From Candidatus Omnitrophota bacterium (GTDB lineage: Bacteria; Omnitrophota; Gorgyraeia; Zapsychrales; Fredricksoniimonadaceae), in contig CAIOPG010000009.1 in NCBI GenBank assembly GCA_903860135.1, positions 175,805 to 239,804 of the forward strand: a stretch of DNA of 64,000 bases, in the 5' to 3' direction. Position 1 is the stretch's first letter. Each line of letters starts with the position of its first letter. The position numbers were made by a program, and so were the translations under genes. Below, piece by piece: positions 1 through 10,801 of this stretch. A model generated the notes under the pieces. The model did not search any database, was not told the DNA's origin, and saw only the letters and a program-made list of their open reading frames with translations.

Positions 1-901
1 TGACCTTGACGCCCGCCGCGGCGCCCAATGCCGCCAGTCGCTCTCTTAATGATGTATTAGCGGCAACACCCCCACCCACAAGAAGCGTATTCCTCTTCCT
101 GGACCGGCAAGCCGCCATGCTCTTCTGTGCCAACACAGAAATAACACTTTCCTGAAAGGCCGCCGCCACTTTGGGGACCGAATATCCCGCTGTACCGACA
201 TGTTTACGTATATGATAAAGGACTGCCGTTTTGACACCGCTGAAACTGAAATCATCACTGCCCGCAAGCTCTGCCCGGGGAAATGTAAGGTCATTGGCCG
301 TAACCGTGCGCGCCAGCGAATCGATCACTGGCCCGCCAGGATAACCCAATTCAAGGATGCGTGCCACCTTGTCATAAGCCTCACCTGCCGCATCATCGCG
401 TGTTTTCCCGATCACACGAAAATGCCTGAAATCCTTGATCGAAAAAAGGCTCGAATGGCCGCCGGAAACAACAAGGCCTATGGCCGGCAGAGAAAGCTCC
501 TGGTAGATCTCTGCCAACCGTGACGAACCGCGCTCCACCAGATAATTGGCATAGATATGCGCATGAATATGATTGACATGGATCAGCGGCTTCTTCAAGG
601 CATACGCCAACGCGCCGGCAAACGTGATCCCCACCAAAAGCGACCCGATCAATCCCGGCGTCTGTGTGACGGCAATAGCATCAACATCCTGCATGCGAAG
701 GCCGGCATCTTCTACGGCTTTGGCGGTCACAATATTAATGTATTCCAGCTGACGGCGCGATGCAATTTCGGGGATAATACCGCCGAACTTCTTGTGTTCC
801 CCCAGGCTTGTGGCCACAACATTGGAAAGGACTTCGCGTCCATCACGGACAATGGCCGCCGATGTTTCATCACACGATGTTTCAATGCCAAGGATGTTCA
901 T
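1..901 (-). CDS. tsaD: tRNA N6-adenosine threonylcarbamoyltransferase TsaD (Kae1/Gcp family); 3' end runs off the window
   Basis: Absent from the ORF track because there is no stop inside the window. My translation of the minus strand from ATG 901-899 gives MNILGIETSCDETSAAIVRDG...HIHAHIYAN...VVSGGHSSLF...GKTRDDAAGEAYDKVARILELGYPGGPVID, which carries typical TsaD motifs. ATGA overlap with the stop of the upstream ORF at 898. Confidence 0.9.
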   Translation of the reverse strand, partial: MNILGIETSCDETSAAIVRDGREVLSNVVATSLGEHKKFGGIIPEIASRRQLEYINIVTAKAVEDAGLRMQDVDAIAVTQTPGLIGSLLVGITFAGALAYALKKPLIHVNHIHAHIYANYLVERGSSRLAEIYQELSLPAIGLVVSGGHSSLFSIKDFRHFRVIGKTRDDAAGEAYDKVARILELGYPGGPVIDSLARTVTANDLTFPRAELAGSDDFSFSGVKTAVLYHIRKHVGTAGYSVPKVAAAFQESVISVLAQKSMAACRSRKRNTLLVGGGVAANTSLRERLAALGAAAGVKV

Positions 902-1782
902 GGATGATTGGCCTGAATAAAATCCCTGACACGCATGAACACATAACCCTGGGCCTTTAATTTACGGATCTGCTCCGTAAGGATCTGCATGGTCAACTCC
1001 CGGTCATGCCCGATGATCACCACCGAGCCATTGTCTTTGGCGATCTTCGCCGCAAGGGCAAATTGATGTTCGATGGATGCGCGCTCGTTACGATTATCCA
1101 GGAACACATTCCGCCGCGCGAAAAGAACACCGACCCGCGACGCGACCGGCGCACACACACTCTTGCTGCTGGTCAAGCTGTCCACAAAGAAAAGCCCGCG
1201 TCGCTTCAACTCGGTCAGGACGGTTGTCATCAGGGCAACACTTTCCGTCCCCCGGGAGCCTTCATGGTTATTAACGCCGACGATCCCCTGGAATTCATTT
1301 AAAACCTTCGTGAGCAACCGATGGACTTCTTTTTGCGACATTTCTGTTGTTAACATATACCCGCGGGGATACTTCTCGCGTACAACAGAAGGCTCGACGG
1401 GAAGATGCAGCATGGCATCCTGCCCGGCATCACGGGCACACTGAAGAACATCGCGGGAATACGGAAGATCCGGCATGATCGCCGGCGTGACCGGTGCGTC
1501 AAAATCAGACAGATATTGGCAATGACTACGGTTGTACCCCCAGTCATCGAGAATAACAGTGATCCTTCCCGTTACACCCTCACGGACAACAGGCATCACA
1601 ACAGGTTTTAGCGGTTGAGGGGAAGGTTTAGCCTTGGGCGGACGTGTTTGAACCGGCCGCGAAGAAGGCACCTGGCGACGAAAAAACAAAAAATACCCCT
1701 GGATGCATAACAAAGCCCCCATCACCCATACAAGCACCACAAGCCATGATGCCGGATTCTTGCCCTTGCCTGGTGGTACCAT
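898..1782 (-). CDS. divergent polysaccharide deacetylase family protein (YibQ-like), N-terminal membrane anchor
   Basis: 294-aa ORF. N-terminal hydrophobic helix (WLVVLVWVMGALLCIQGYFLF), then ITVILDDWGY and NNHEGSRGT motifs remembered from the YibQ/divergent deacetylase family. Lies next to a Ctp protease, as in many genomes. Confidence 0.7.
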   Translation of the reverse strand: MVPPGKGKNPASWLVVLVWVMGALLCIQGYFLFFRRQVPSSRPVQTRPPKAKPSPQPLKPVVMPVVREGVTGRITVILDDWGYNRSHCQYLSDFDAPVTPAIMPDLPYSRDVLQCARDAGQDAMLHLPVEPSVVREKYPRGYMLTTEMSQKEVHRLLTKVLNEFQGIVGVNNHEGSRGTESVALMTTVLTELKRRGLFFVDSLTSSKSVCAPVASRVGVLFARRNVFLDNRNERASIEHQFALAAKIAKDNGSVVIIGHDRELTMQILTEQIRKLKAQGYVFMRVRDFIQANHP

Positions 1783-1788
1783 ACATCA

Positions 1789-3216
1789 TCAATTCTCGGT
1801 AGACGTCAATTTCTTGTAAACACGGATCCCCTTGATCACGCTGATCGCGCTCTGGATCTGGTTGTCATTCTTCATCTGCTGATTCATTTCTTTCTCACGC
1901 CTGCGCTTCTCGATGGCGTTGGGATCATTAGCATCATCAGGTGCCAAAGCATCAAATATCTTGTTAACAGAATCTTCTTTTTGCAGTGTTTTGAGTGCTT
2001 TTGACTTAACGCCATCGGCATCATCTGAATTTTCTTCCGGTTGAACGATCCGTTCAACAACAATATCCGGCGTGATGCCAATTTCATGGATACACACACC
2101 TGAAGGTGTAAAATACTTGCTGGTCGTCAACCGTAACCCTGATCCGTCAGGCAAAGGAATCACGGACTGAACAGAACCTTTCCCGAAAGATTTTGATCCG
2201 AGCGTTACCGCGCGCTTGTTATCTTTAAGGGCCCCTGCCAGTATCTCACTGCCCGAAGCACTGCCCTCGTTGATCATGATAACAATAGGCCAGTCGGAAA
2301 ATTCATGGCTGGTATTGTGCGAAACACTGACTGTATTTTGAGTTGCATCACGGCCTCGAACGGAAACGATCGTCTTGCCATCCGGAAGAAATATTTCACT
2401 AATACGGATAGCCACACTCAGGAGACCACCGGGATTATTACGGACATCGAGGACAAGCGCGGTAGCACCCTGCTCCTTCAATTTTCTAAGCTCCTTCAAC
2501 ATTTGCTCGGTAGATTCTTCACGGAACTCAACAAGGCGTAAATAAGCGATGTTATCGCTAATGATGTGAGGATCCCTGATATCTTGGATATGTATAATCT
2601 CGCGTGTAATATCGTATTCATGGATCTTGAACTCAGATTCACGCATGATGGTGATATGAACCTTGGTGCCCGGATTACCGCGCAACTTCTTGACCGCCTG
2701 GCTGATCGTAATGTCCCGGGTCGTATCCTTCTCTATCTTGACAATGCGGTCACCGGCCTTGATACCGGCTTTCCATGCCGGCGTGCCTTCAATGGGCGTA
2801 ATAACCGTCAACAGATTATCCCGGATCGCTATTTCAATACCCAACCCTCCGAATTTCCCTTCGGTGTCAGACTTCAATTCTTCGTATTCTTCGGGCGAAA
2901 GAAACTGGCTATGCGGGTCAAGCGCCCCCAGCATACCTGTCAAGGCCCCGTAAATCACTTCTTTGGGCTTCTTTTCATCCACATACTCACTCATGATCTT
3001 GGTGAGCGCATAACTGAAAAGTTCAACCTGTGAATAAAGATCCTCTGGTGATTTCGGCGCAAACTCTTTCTTAACCGGCGCGACAACCGCATTCACCGAT
3101 ACAGGAGAAAAACTGGAGTCTTCGTCCAGACTATTTACTGCCTGAGAATAAACCGGCACAGAAAAACCGGCGAAGCCCACAGCTACCATGATAATAAAGA
3201 AAATTTTTCTAACCAT
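1789..3216 (-). CDS. ctpA: carboxy-terminal processing peptidase (S41 family, PDZ domain)
   Basis: S41 motifs GGLGIEI (PDZ), NEGSASGSEILAGALKD and KSFGKGSVQ. Signal-anchor [24 protein letters not shown]. Start placed at ATG 3216, which is preceded by AGGAGG 7 nt upstream; the ORF-track start is 3243. Confidence 0.88.
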   Translation of the reverse strand: MVRKIFFIIMVAVGFAGFSVPVYSQAVNSLDEDSSFSPVSVNAVVAPVKKEFAPKSPEDLYSQVELFSYALTKIMSEYVDEKKPKEVIYGALTGMLGALDPHSQFLSPEEYEELKSDTEGKFGGLGIEIAIRDNLLTVITPIEGTPAWKAGIKAGDRIVKIEKDTTRDITISQAVKKLRGNPGTKVHITIMRESEFKIHEYDITREIIHIQDIRDPHIISDNIAYLRLVEFREESTEQMLKELRKLKEQGATALVLDVRNNPGGLLSVAIRISEIFLPDGKTIVSVRGRDATQNTVSVSHNTSHEFSDWPIVIMINEGSASGSEILAGALKDNKRAVTLGSKSFGKGSVQSVIPLPDGSGLRLTTSKYFTPSGVCIHEIGITPDIVVERIVQPEENSDDADGVKSKALKTLQKEDSVNKIFDALAPDDANDPNAIEKRRREKEMNQQMKNDNQIQSAISVIKGIRVYKKLTSTEN

Positions 3217-4645
3217 CCGCAAGCCTCCTGGCAATGATCTCATTGATCTTTTTGGGATTCGCTTTTCCCTGCATTTTCTTCATGGCTTGACCGACCAGAA
3301 AACCTGTAACCCCGGCCTTGCCTGCGCGAATTTCTTCAACGGCCTTGGGATTAGCCGCCAGTATCTCATCCACAGTATTGAAAAGAACGGCGTCATCAGA
3401 AACCTGCGCCAGTCCTTTAGCGTTGATGATGACGTCAGCGTCACCACCTCCCACAACCATTTCAGCCAATACTTCCTTGCCGGCAAGATTGCTGATCGTC
3501 CCGTCTTCAACACGGGCGATCAATTTAACGAGATTCTCCGCCGACAGGCTGATCCCCGAGAGCGAACAGTTACGGTCATTCAATTCCTTCATGACCGGTC
3601 CGTTGAGCCAGTTGGCCGCCTTCTTGGGGTCTGCGCCAGCACGGACACAGGCTTCGAAGAAATCAGCAAAGCCCTGATCCTGGATGAGGATGGCCGCATC
3701 ATAGTCGTTGACCGCATAATCGCGTTTGAAGCGCGCCTGCTTGGCCGCAGGAAGTTCCGGCAGATTGCGGCGGGCTTCATCAATCATGGCAGTTGAAAAA
3801 GTAAAAGGCACAAGGTCGGGATCGGGGAAATAACGGTAATCATGGGCATTCTCTTTGGAACGCATCGAGACGGTCCGTCCCTTGGCCTCATCCCATAAAA
3901 GAGTTTCCTGCGTGATCTTCCCGCCGCCAACAATGACTCCCTCATGCCGCGCCGCTTCAAACTCAACCGCACGCCTGAGCGCACTGAAAGAGTTCAGGTT
4001 CTTCAACTCTGTCTTAACGCCGAGCGTTGTTGCCCCCACGGGACGTATGGAAACATTCGCATCACAACGCAAACTGCCTTTTTCCATGTCGCAATCAGAA
4101 ACACCGAGATAGGAAAGGATCAGCTTGAGGGTCGTCAAATAATCATACGCTTCGAGCGCCGAACGCATATCCGGCTCGGAAACGATCTCGATCAACGGGG
4201 TCCCTGTGCGGTTATAATCTGCCAAGGAGTAATTGTTCGCATGGTCATGGATAAGCTTGCCGGCATCTTCCTCGATATGTGCCCGGGTGATACCCACACG
4301 CTTTTCTTTGCCACCGGAAATAAAAACGACCTCGCCTTTAGTCGCAATGGGAAGATCATACTGCGAGATCTGATACCCTTTGGGCAGATCAGGATAAAAA
4401 TAATTCTTACGGTCAAACTTGATGAACGTATTGATCTGGCAACCCAGCGCCAGGCCAACCTTCATGCCGTCCAGAAGGACCTGACGGTTCAAGACAGGCA
4501 GAGAGCCAGGCAAACCCAGGCAAACCGGGCAAACATGACTATTGGCTGTACCGCCAAAGACATTGGGGCAAGAACAAAATATTTTTGTTTTGGTCTTAAG
4601 CTGGAGATGGACCTCAAGCCCGATCACTGTTTCAAAAGTGCTCAT
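3209..4645 (-). CDS. gatB: Asp-tRNA(Asn)/Glu-tRNA(Gln) amidotransferase subunit B
   Basis: 478 aa. [30 protein letters not shown], and a C-terminal YqeY-like tail. Follows gatC-gatA with an ATGA overlap at 4642-4645. Confidence 0.96.
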   Translation of the reverse strand: MSTFETVIGLEVHLQLKTKTKIFCSCPNVFGGTANSHVCPVCLGLPGSLPVLNRQVLLDGMKVGLALGCQINTFIKFDRKNYFYPDLPKGYQISQYDLPIATKGEVVFISGGKEKRVGITRAHIEEDAGKLIHDHANNYSLADYNRTGTPLIEIVSEPDMRSALEAYDYLTTLKLILSYLGVSDCDMEKGSLRCDANVSIRPVGATTLGVKTELKNLNSFSALRRAVEFEAARHEGVIVGGGKITQETLLWDEAKGRTVSMRSKENAHDYRYFPDPDLVPFTFSTAMIDEARRNLPELPAAKQARFKRDYAVNDYDAAILIQDQGFADFFEACVRAGADPKKAANWLNGPVMKELNDRNCSLSGISLSAENLVKLIARVEDGTISNLAGKEVLAEMVVGGGDADVIINAKGLAQVSDDAVLFNTVDEILAANPKAVEEIRAGKAGVTGFLVGQAMKKMQGKANPKKINEIIARRLADG

Positions 4646-6069
4646 AGCACAGCCCTCGCCTCATGCCAGGGGGTCGCCTGCTCATAAGCGTAGGCGGCAC
4701 GCAGAAGTTTTTCTTCGGCGAAAGGTCCTGCCATCAACTGCAAGCCGATGGGCAGCTTCGCACGATCAAATCCGCAAGGGATCGAGATCGCCGGGATACC
4801 CGCCATATTGGCCGGTATGGTGAAAATATCAGAAAGGTACATGGAAACCGGATCATTCATTTTCTCGCCGATACCAAATGCCGTCGTCGGTGACGTCGGT
4901 GAAAGGATCACATCACACACACCAAAAGCCCGGTCAAAGTCCTGTTTGATCAATGTCCGGACCTTTTGCGCCCGTAAATAATAAGCGTCATAATATCCCG
5001 AAGAGAGCACATACGTCCCGAGCATGATACGCCGTTTCGCCTCGGGGCCAAAACCTTCCCCGCGCGTCTGCGCGTACATATCAATTAGACGCCCCTGCCG
5101 CGCAACCGCAGGGAATGAACGGCGCCCAAATTGAACCCCGTCGAACCGGGCCAGATTGGAGCTGGCTTCGGCTGTTGCCACAATGTAATACGTCGCCACG
5201 GCATATTCGGTGTGCGGCAAAGAAATATCGACGATTTCGGCTCCCTTGGCCTTAAAAACACGCACCGCCTCCTCAACAGCCGCCAAAACCTCCGGCTGTA
5301 TCCCCGGTATAAAATATTCACGCGGGATCCCGATCCTCAGCCCCTTCACCTCTGAGCCAAGGGCTTTCGTATAATCGGGCACAGAAACATTGATCGATGT
5401 GGAATCTTTAGGATCAAAGCCCGCAATAATATTCAACAGCATGGCGCAATCCCTGACATCCTTGGTCAAAGGGCCGATCTGATCGAGCGATGAACCAAAG
5501 GCGATCAGCCCATAACGTGACACACGCCCATAGGTCGGTTTCAAGCCAACCACACCGCAGAAAGATGCCGGTTGACGGATAGAGCCACCGGTGTCACTGC
5601 CCAAAGCCCATACGGCCTGCCCCGCCGCGACAGCCGCCGCCGAGCCACCCGATGACCCCCCAGGAACGCGCTGAAGATCCCAGGGATTTCTCGAAGGGCC
5701 ATAAGCTGATGTTTCACACGAAGAACCAAACGCAAATTCATCCATATTGGCACTGCCTACAATAACGCCGCCCGTGGCCTTTATTTTGGCCATGACCGTG
5801 GCATCGTAGGGCGGACGAAACCCCTCGAGTATCCTGGAGGCACATGTGACAAGATTCCCGTTAACGCAAATATTGTCTTTAACGGCCATCGGTAACGGGC
5901 ATATACCGCCGGTGGTCTGGATGGTATCGGCAAAACGGATATACGCTTGCGTCGACGGATTAACGGCCTTGGCGCGCGCCAAAACCACTGCGGTGATCCG
6001 GGCAGCTGAAAGACGCCCGTCGTTCAAACGATCCATCAACGCATGGGCTGTAAGCGAGAAAAGATTCAT
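4642..6069 (-). CDS. gatA: Asp-tRNA(Asn)/Glu-tRNA(Gln) amidotransferase subunit A
   Basis: 475 aa with amidase signature [14 protein letters not shown] and [12 protein letters not shown]. Sits between gatC and gatB. Confidence 0.96.
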   Translation of the reverse strand: MNLFSLTAHALMDRLNDGRLSAARITAVVLARAKAVNPSTQAYIRFADTIQTTGGICPLPMAVKDNICVNGNLVTCASRILEGFRPPYDATVMAKIKATGGVIVGSANMDEFAFGSSCETSAYGPSRNPWDLQRVPGGSSGGSAAAVAAGQAVWALGSDTGGSIRQPASFCGVVGLKPTYGRVSRYGLIAFGSSLDQIGPLTKDVRDCAMLLNIIAGFDPKDSTSINVSVPDYTKALGSEVKGLRIGIPREYFIPGIQPEVLAAVEEAVRVFKAKGAEIVDISLPHTEYAVATYYIVATAEASSNLARFDGVQFGRRSFPAVARQGRLIDMYAQTRGEGFGPEAKRRIMLGTYVLSSGYYDAYYLRAQKVRTLIKQDFDRAFGVCDVILSPTSPTTAFGIGEKMNDPVSMYLSDIFTIPANMAGIPAISIPCGFDRAKLPIGLQLMAGPFAEEKLLRAAYAYEQATPWHEARAVL

Positions 6070-6350
6070 TCCATGATCCTTGGGACTTTATAAGCATTAT
6101 CCTGATGTTCGATCGCAAAAGAGAAAGCTTCGGCGGCAGAAAGACCTGGCTCGGGCACATCCTCCCGCACCACATTCTCGACATTCAATACATGGCTCGT
6201 CGGCGTTACCGCCGAAACATCCAGCGAATCCAGCTTGGCCGCATAATGCAAGATAGCTTCCAGGTCCCCTGCCAGCTTGAGGGCTTCCACCTCATCGAGA
6301 TGAAGCCGCGCCAGGCCGCTGATATAATTGACTGTTTCAAGTGTGATCAT
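6066..6350 (-). CDS. gatC: Asp-tRNA(Asn)/Glu-tRNA(Gln) amidotransferase subunit C
   Basis: 94-aa ORF ([16 protein letters not shown]...) immediately upstream of gatA with a 4-nt overlap. Size and context match GatC. Confidence 0.9.
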   Translation of the reverse strand: MITLETVNYISGLARLHLDEVEALKLAGDLEAILHYAAKLDSLDVSAVTPTSHVLNVENVVREDVPEPGLSAAEAFSFAIEHQDNAYKVPRIME

Positions 6351-6432
6351 GGCTTATCCCTTTAAAAAAGAAATGATTTTAACACCAGGCAAGATCAGGC
6401 ACAAGGAGAAACTCCAGGAAAGACGTATACGT

Positions 6433-8070
6433 TTAGTCCGCCGTAATCTGTATATCCTTGGGGATCGTAAAATGAAAAGCGGATCCCTTGCCCTCTTGCG
6501 CTACAACCCAGACTTTCCCGGCGTGATCCTCGACAACGCTCTTAACAATGCTCAAGCCGGCACCGGTCCCTTCAAACCTGCCAGAAGTATCCAGTCGTTT
6601 AAAAATATCAAAAACCTCTTCCAAGGAAGCATGCGGTATCCCGATCCCATTGTCTTTAACCACAAATTCATACACATCTTCGCGTTCGATGGCCTCGATA
6701 GCTATCTTCGGTGCAATGCCTTCCCGGCCTGAAGAAAACTTGATAGCATTGGTCATAAGATTCAGAAAAACTTCCTTGAGTTTGATGGGGTCGCACACCA
6801 TGACCGGCATCACTGCCGGCACCGCCAAGTCCACAGCGTTTTGTCTGATCTTGTAATCGAGCGTGGCCGTAACCTCATCGACCAATGACCGGACCGGTAT
6901 TTTTTGATATGGATTACGGATGCGGGAAATGCGCGTCAGTGCCAACAGGTCATTGATCAACACATTGGCCCGCTCAACGCCGCGACAAACACCATCGATG
7001 CTGTCCTGGCCTTTCTTGTCGATCTTATCGTAATGATGCGACTTAAGGAACTCCACATACCAGGCAATGCCCATGAGCGGCGAGCGGATATCGTGGCTGA
7101 CGGTGTGAACAAAGCGATCCAGCTCCAGATTCACTTTCTCAAGATCTCTCTTCTGCCGCGCGGTCAGATCAAGGTTTTCCTGTAAAACCTGGTGCTGTTC
7201 TTCAAGGCTTGTCCTGGCATCAGCAAGCTGAGCGGACATACGGTTAAATTCGCGGCTCAACTGGCCAAGCTCGTCTTGAGACAATTCATCAAGCTTTACG
7301 CATAAATTCCCTCCACCAATCTCATGTGTGGCCTTGAGGAGTTGCGCCAATGGACCCTGGATACCGCGGATAATAGAAATGCTGAGGGCCAGCCCCGCGA
7401 TGAGGCTCACAATGAACATAATCAACAGCACGCGCCCTGTGGTCTGTTCATAGCGGCTGGCTTTGGCCACCGATGCCTTAGTGAAATCCTGGACATCATC
7501 GAGCAGTTTCTTGAGTTCCCGCGCCAACTTGCTTTCATCCGTATGGATCTGATCGACCGCCTCGGCGGATATCTCGTAGGAACCTTCGTCAATGCTCCGA
7601 AAAATACCGACAGATACAGCATCATAATGAATATGCGCCTTTTCAATCTCCTTAAACAAATCACTCACATGGTCAAGGTTGTTGCGGGTGGTAACATCCT
7701 GCACCAGACGCAGGTCATCTTCCACCATGCGCTTGGCATTAACAATATCGATCGCACCTTCTTTGGCAAGACTTTCAAAATCATTCTTCGCCAATTTGAT
7801 ATGAAAAAGAAGATGTTCCTTGCGCGCCGGCGTGACTTGCTGGTAAGCCAATTCTTCAGCGATACGGCGCAATCGTTCAAAAATAACCGCTTTCTGGAGT
7901 TGACGCTTGGTGATGGCGGTCGAGGTCTGCAGGAGAACGACATCCTGATTAACAATAGCCCGCAGTTCACGGCTCACTCCTTTAAGAAAATGAAAACTGA
8001 TAACCCCGTTGACAGCAAAAAGCATCAGCAAGACGGCGATCAGCAGTATGATCTTGAATGATATTTTCAT
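6433..8070 (-). CDS. sensor histidine kinase (two TM helices, extracytoplasmic domain, HAMP, HisKA, HATPase_c)
   Basis: H-box FVHTVSHDIRSPL, N-box NLMTNAIKFS, DNGIGI and GTGAGLSIV. HAMP-like segment after the second TM helix. Start moved to ATG 8070 (MKISFKIILL...), which overlaps the rsmA stop as ATGA; the ORF-track start is 8094. No response regulator is adjacent. Confidence 0.85.
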   Translation of the reverse strand: MKISFKIILLIAVLLMLFAVNGVISFHFLKGVSRELRAIVNQDVVLLQTSTAITKRQLQKAVIFERLRRIAEELAYQQVTPARKEHLLFHIKLAKNDFESLAKEGAIDIVNAKRMVEDDLRLVQDVTTRNNLDHVSDLFKEIEKAHIHYDAVSVGIFRSIDEGSYEISAEAVDQIHTDESKLARELKKLLDDVQDFTKASVAKASRYEQTTGRVLLIMFIVSLIAGLALSISIIRGIQGPLAQLLKATHEIGGGNLCVKLDELSQDELGQLSREFNRMSAQLADARTSLEEQHQVLQENLDLTARQKRDLEKVNLELDRFVHTVSHDIRSPLMGIAWYVEFLKSHHYDKIDKKGQDSIDGVCRGVERANVLINDLLALTRISRIRNPYQKIPVRSLVDEVTATLDYKIRQNAVDLAVPAVMPVMVCDPIKLKEVFLNLMTNAIKFSSGREGIAPKIAIEAIEREDVYEFVVKDNGIGIPHASLEEVFDIFKRLDTSGRFEGTGAGLSIVKSVVEDHAGKVWVVAQEGKGSAFHFTIPKDIQITAD

Positions 8071-8915
8071 ACAAGCTCCTCCGTTCCTTTCCATTCTCCG
8101 GCAGAGAACACCTCCTGCAACCCATTAGCGATCCTCGCATACTGAGCTACCGTCAGATCCCCGGCCCTCGCCTGGGGATCAACCCCCGCCACTTCAAACA
8201 GCAAACCAAGACGGTCTTTGGACGCAAAAACACCCAGGGAATTAAGAAGATTCTTGCGGCGCTGTTGAAATGCCGTCCGCACCACACGGACAAAATAAGC
8301 TTCGCTCCAGACCTCTTCAGCCGGCTTACCGCGGCGCAAATCCATGCGCATGAAACATGACGTGACCTTCGGTGACGGACGAAACGCGCCAGGACTGATC
8401 CGGAACAACATCTGCGGCTTGGCGAACATCTGCACAAAACAGGACAGCGAGGAATAGTCCTTCGTCCCGGGCACAGCCACAAGCCGCAGACCAAACTCAT
8501 ACTGAACCGTTATAAAAAGCGTCGTAAACATTGTCCTGTTCATGATCGCCCGCACAATGATCGGCGTTGAAATATTATAGGGAATATTGCCGAAAACCTT
8601 GACCGGCTGCGGTAAAAGCGCAAGATCGAATTTAAGGATATCCGCGTGATGCACGGTAATATTCCTTCGCGCGAAATCCGCCTCCATTCTGGCGGCCAGT
8701 ACACGATCAGCCTCAACCGCGATCACCGCTTTTACCCGCGGAAGGATCTCGCGCGTCAAAGCCCCTTGCCCCGGGCCGATCTCAAGTACGGTTTCATCCG
8801 ATGCAAAGTCACAGGCATCGACCACACGTCCAATGATCCTCTGATCGACCAGAAAATTCTGGCCAAGGGATCTTTTGGGAACAAAGATGGCAGGTGGGCG
8901 GCTGATAGGACTCAC
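8067..8915 (-). CDS. rsmA: 16S rRNA (adenine1518/1519-N6)-dimethyltransferase RsmA/KsgA
   Basis: KRSLGQNFL, SAM motif LEIGPGQGALT, and NIPYNISTP. The ORF-track start (9065) would overlap pdxA by 150 nt. I place the start at GTG 8915, 14 codons before KRSLGQNFL, matching E. coli KsgA spacing. This gives a GTGA overlap with the pdxA stop. Confidence 0.85.
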   Translation of the reverse strand: MSPISRPPAIFVPKRSLGQNFLVDQRIIGRVVDACDFASDETVLEIGPGQGALTREILPRVKAVIAVEADRVLAARMEADFARRNITVHHADILKFDLALLPQPVKVFGNIPYNISTPIIVRAIMNRTMFTTLFITVQYEFGLRLVAVPGTKDYSSLSCFVQMFAKPQMLFRISPGAFRPSPKVTSCFMRMDLRRGKPAEEVWSEAYFVRVVRTAFQQRRKNLLNSLGVFASKDRLGLLFEVAGVDPQARAGDLTVAQYARIANGLQEVFSAGEWKGTEELV

Positions 8916-9865
8916 ACCAGTCCTGCGGCGAGCTTGATCGCCGCACGCATAGAGCCAGGATCCGCCAAGCCTTTGCCTGCAATACCAAAAGCCGTGCCAT
9001 GCGCCGGTGACGTGCGGATAAAAGGCAGACCTGCCGTCACATTGACCAGACGATCGAAATAACACGCTTTCAACGCCGGCAACGCCTGGTCGTGATACAT
9101 GGCAACGATCAGATCATACCCGGTGCTCAACCCCGGCTCAAAAAGGGTGTCCGCCGGCAACGGTCCAACCACATCCCACCCGGCTTTGCAGGCCTTCTTT
9201 ACCGCCGGCATGATCTGGGTGATCTCCTCACGCCCCATATGCCCGCCTTCTCCGGCATGCGGATTAAGACCACAAACCGCGATCCGAGGTCGCTGGATAT
9301 GGAAATGATCCCGGATAAAAGCTGACGCTGTCCCTACAACCGAAAGAACCTTTTCTGCCGTGATCAAATCAGGGATTTCTTTCAATGCCACATGCCGTGT
9401 CACAAGCACAACGCGCAACGCATCGGCGACAAAAAGCATCTCCACATCCTTGATGGCAAAAGCATCAGCCAGAAAAGTCGTATGTCCTTTAAACCCCGGA
9501 TAAAAAGGGATAACAGCTTCCTTCGACAAAGGGGCTGTCACAAGACCGTCAACCGCACCGGCCTTCAAAAGTTTCACCGCACATTCAAGATATAAAAGAG
9601 AATCACGACCCGATCCCGGCGTAGGACAACCCGGCTTGTGTGGCACCATACAACGGCTGTCCGCCAGATGAATGACGGACGGCAAAGGGATCTTGGAGGG
9701 CCAGTAGCGCGCCAGCAGCTCTTCATTGCCGATGACGATAAATTCCACCTTCCGGCAAGTGGCATCGCCCTTCAAACTGGCCAGCGCGGCGGCCGTTACT
9801 TCAGGGCCGATACCGCAAGGATCTCCGAGCGTTACCGCGATAACCTTATTTCTTGATTTCGACAT
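8912..9865 (-). CDS. pdxA: 4-hydroxythreonine-4-phosphate dehydrogenase
   Basis: 317 aa. TLGDPCGIGPE, GLNPHAGEGG and FIRTSPAHGTAF motifs. Sits between the surA-like gene and rsmA, as in the E. coli surA-pdxA-ksgA operon. Confidence 0.93.
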   Translation of the reverse strand: MSKSRNKVIAVTLGDPCGIGPEVTAAALASLKGDATCRKVEFIVIGNEELLARYWPSKIPLPSVIHLADSRCMVPHKPGCPTPGSGRDSLLYLECAVKLLKAGAVDGLVTAPLSKEAVIPFYPGFKGHTTFLADAFAIKDVEMLFVADALRVVLVTRHVALKEIPDLITAEKVLSVVGTASAFIRDHFHIQRPRIAVCGLNPHAGEGGHMGREEITQIMPAVKKACKAGWDVVGPLPADTLFEPGLSTGYDLIVAMYHDQALPALKACYFDRLVNVTAGLPFIRTSPAHGTAFGIAGKGLADPGSMRAAIKLAAGLV

Positions 9866-10799
9866 ATGATTTCTTCCTCAAACTCTCCAGCCATAACGGA
9901 AACTTCTGCCTGAATTTTTCATCAAATAATAACTGGTATATCTCCTCCTTCACGATCTCAAACGCCGTTACGGTCCCCTCCGTCCTTCCTGCCAGCTTCA
10001 AGATATACAATCCTTCGGGGATCGCAACGATATCTGAAACATCTCCAGGCTTCATGGTATCAATGACAGACTTGAACTGGTCGTTGAGATTCCCCTCATC
10101 AACTTCACCGATGTCTGGTAATTCGGAATACACCTTGGCGACAGCTTGAAAATCCTCGCCAGACCGGACACGTTCAAGAGCCGCACGCATAACGGCATAT
10201 GGTTGTTCATCAGTCAATCCCCCCTTGACAGCGATAGCATTAAGGTAGACCCGCGCATGCTTACGGTAACGTTCAATATTATCATTATAATAATCAGTTA
10301 CTTCCCTGGGATTGACAGCGATCTTTTCGCGCACAGCGCGTGTCACGATATAACGCGCCTTAAACTGCTCCTCAATCTTTTTACGAATATCAGAAATGGT
10401 CACGCCTTCCTTGTTGATCGCGGACAAAAACTCCTGCGTCGACGTGTATTTTTTCTTGATCTCTGTCAGCCGGTCTTCGATCGCCTGCGGGCGTATCTGC
10501 ATGCCCTGCCTGTTGGCCTCGGCCAGGATAAGCCGGTCATCGACGAGTTGATCGACTCCCTTGGCTTCATACTGCTGCATGATCCCCTTTATTTCAGTAT
10601 CCGTACGCCCCTCAATGCGCAACTGGGCATATATACCACGCAAATAATCCTGTAAATCTTTGGCCGTGATAACATCGTCGTCAACGACCGCAATGATCGC
10701 ATCCTCAACCGCTAATGCAAAAGGCATTGGCCTCACCAGCAATGCCGCGCCCAAGAACAGTGTGATCAACAACAAACGCCAGCAACCATTCATCCGCAT
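9846..10799 (-). CDS. periplasmic peptidyl-prolyl isomerase/chaperone, SurA family (SurA_N plus one parvulin domain)
   Basis: Signal peptide (LLLITLFLGAALLV...ALA). SurA_N-like segment (IIAVVDDDVITAKDLQDYL) and a C-terminal parvulin-like segment (MKPGDVSDIVAIPEGLYILKL). Context is upstream of pdxA. Confidence 0.75.
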   Translation of the reverse strand: MRMNGCWRLLLITLFLGAALLVRPMPFALAVEDAIIAVVDDDVITAKDLQDYLRGIYAQLRIEGRTDTEIKGIMQQYEAKGVDQLVDDRLILAEANRQGMQIRPQAIEDRLTEIKKKYTSTQEFLSAINKEGVTISDIRKKIEEQFKARYIVTRAVREKIAVNPREVTDYYNDNIERYRKHARVYLNAIAVKGGLTDEQPYAVMRAALERVRSGEDFQAVAKVYSELPDIGEVDEGNLNDQFKSVIDTMKPGDVSDIVAIPEGLYILKLAGRTEGTVTAFEIVKEEIYQLLFDEKFRQKFPLWLESLRKKSYVEIKK

Positions 10800-10801
10800 C
10801 C

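Noticed and set aside
8916-9065. N-terminal extensions implied by the ORF-track starts (rsmA to 9065, argG to 57294, hisA to 18704, recA to 25348, dapB to 51481, pilin-like ORFs to 28621/28830/29312/29602/29979, 39512-39952)
   Set aside because: The extensions overlap the 3' ends of well-supported upstream genes and have non-protein-like composition. Internal starts reproduce canonical family N-termini, often with an SD or an ATGA overlap.
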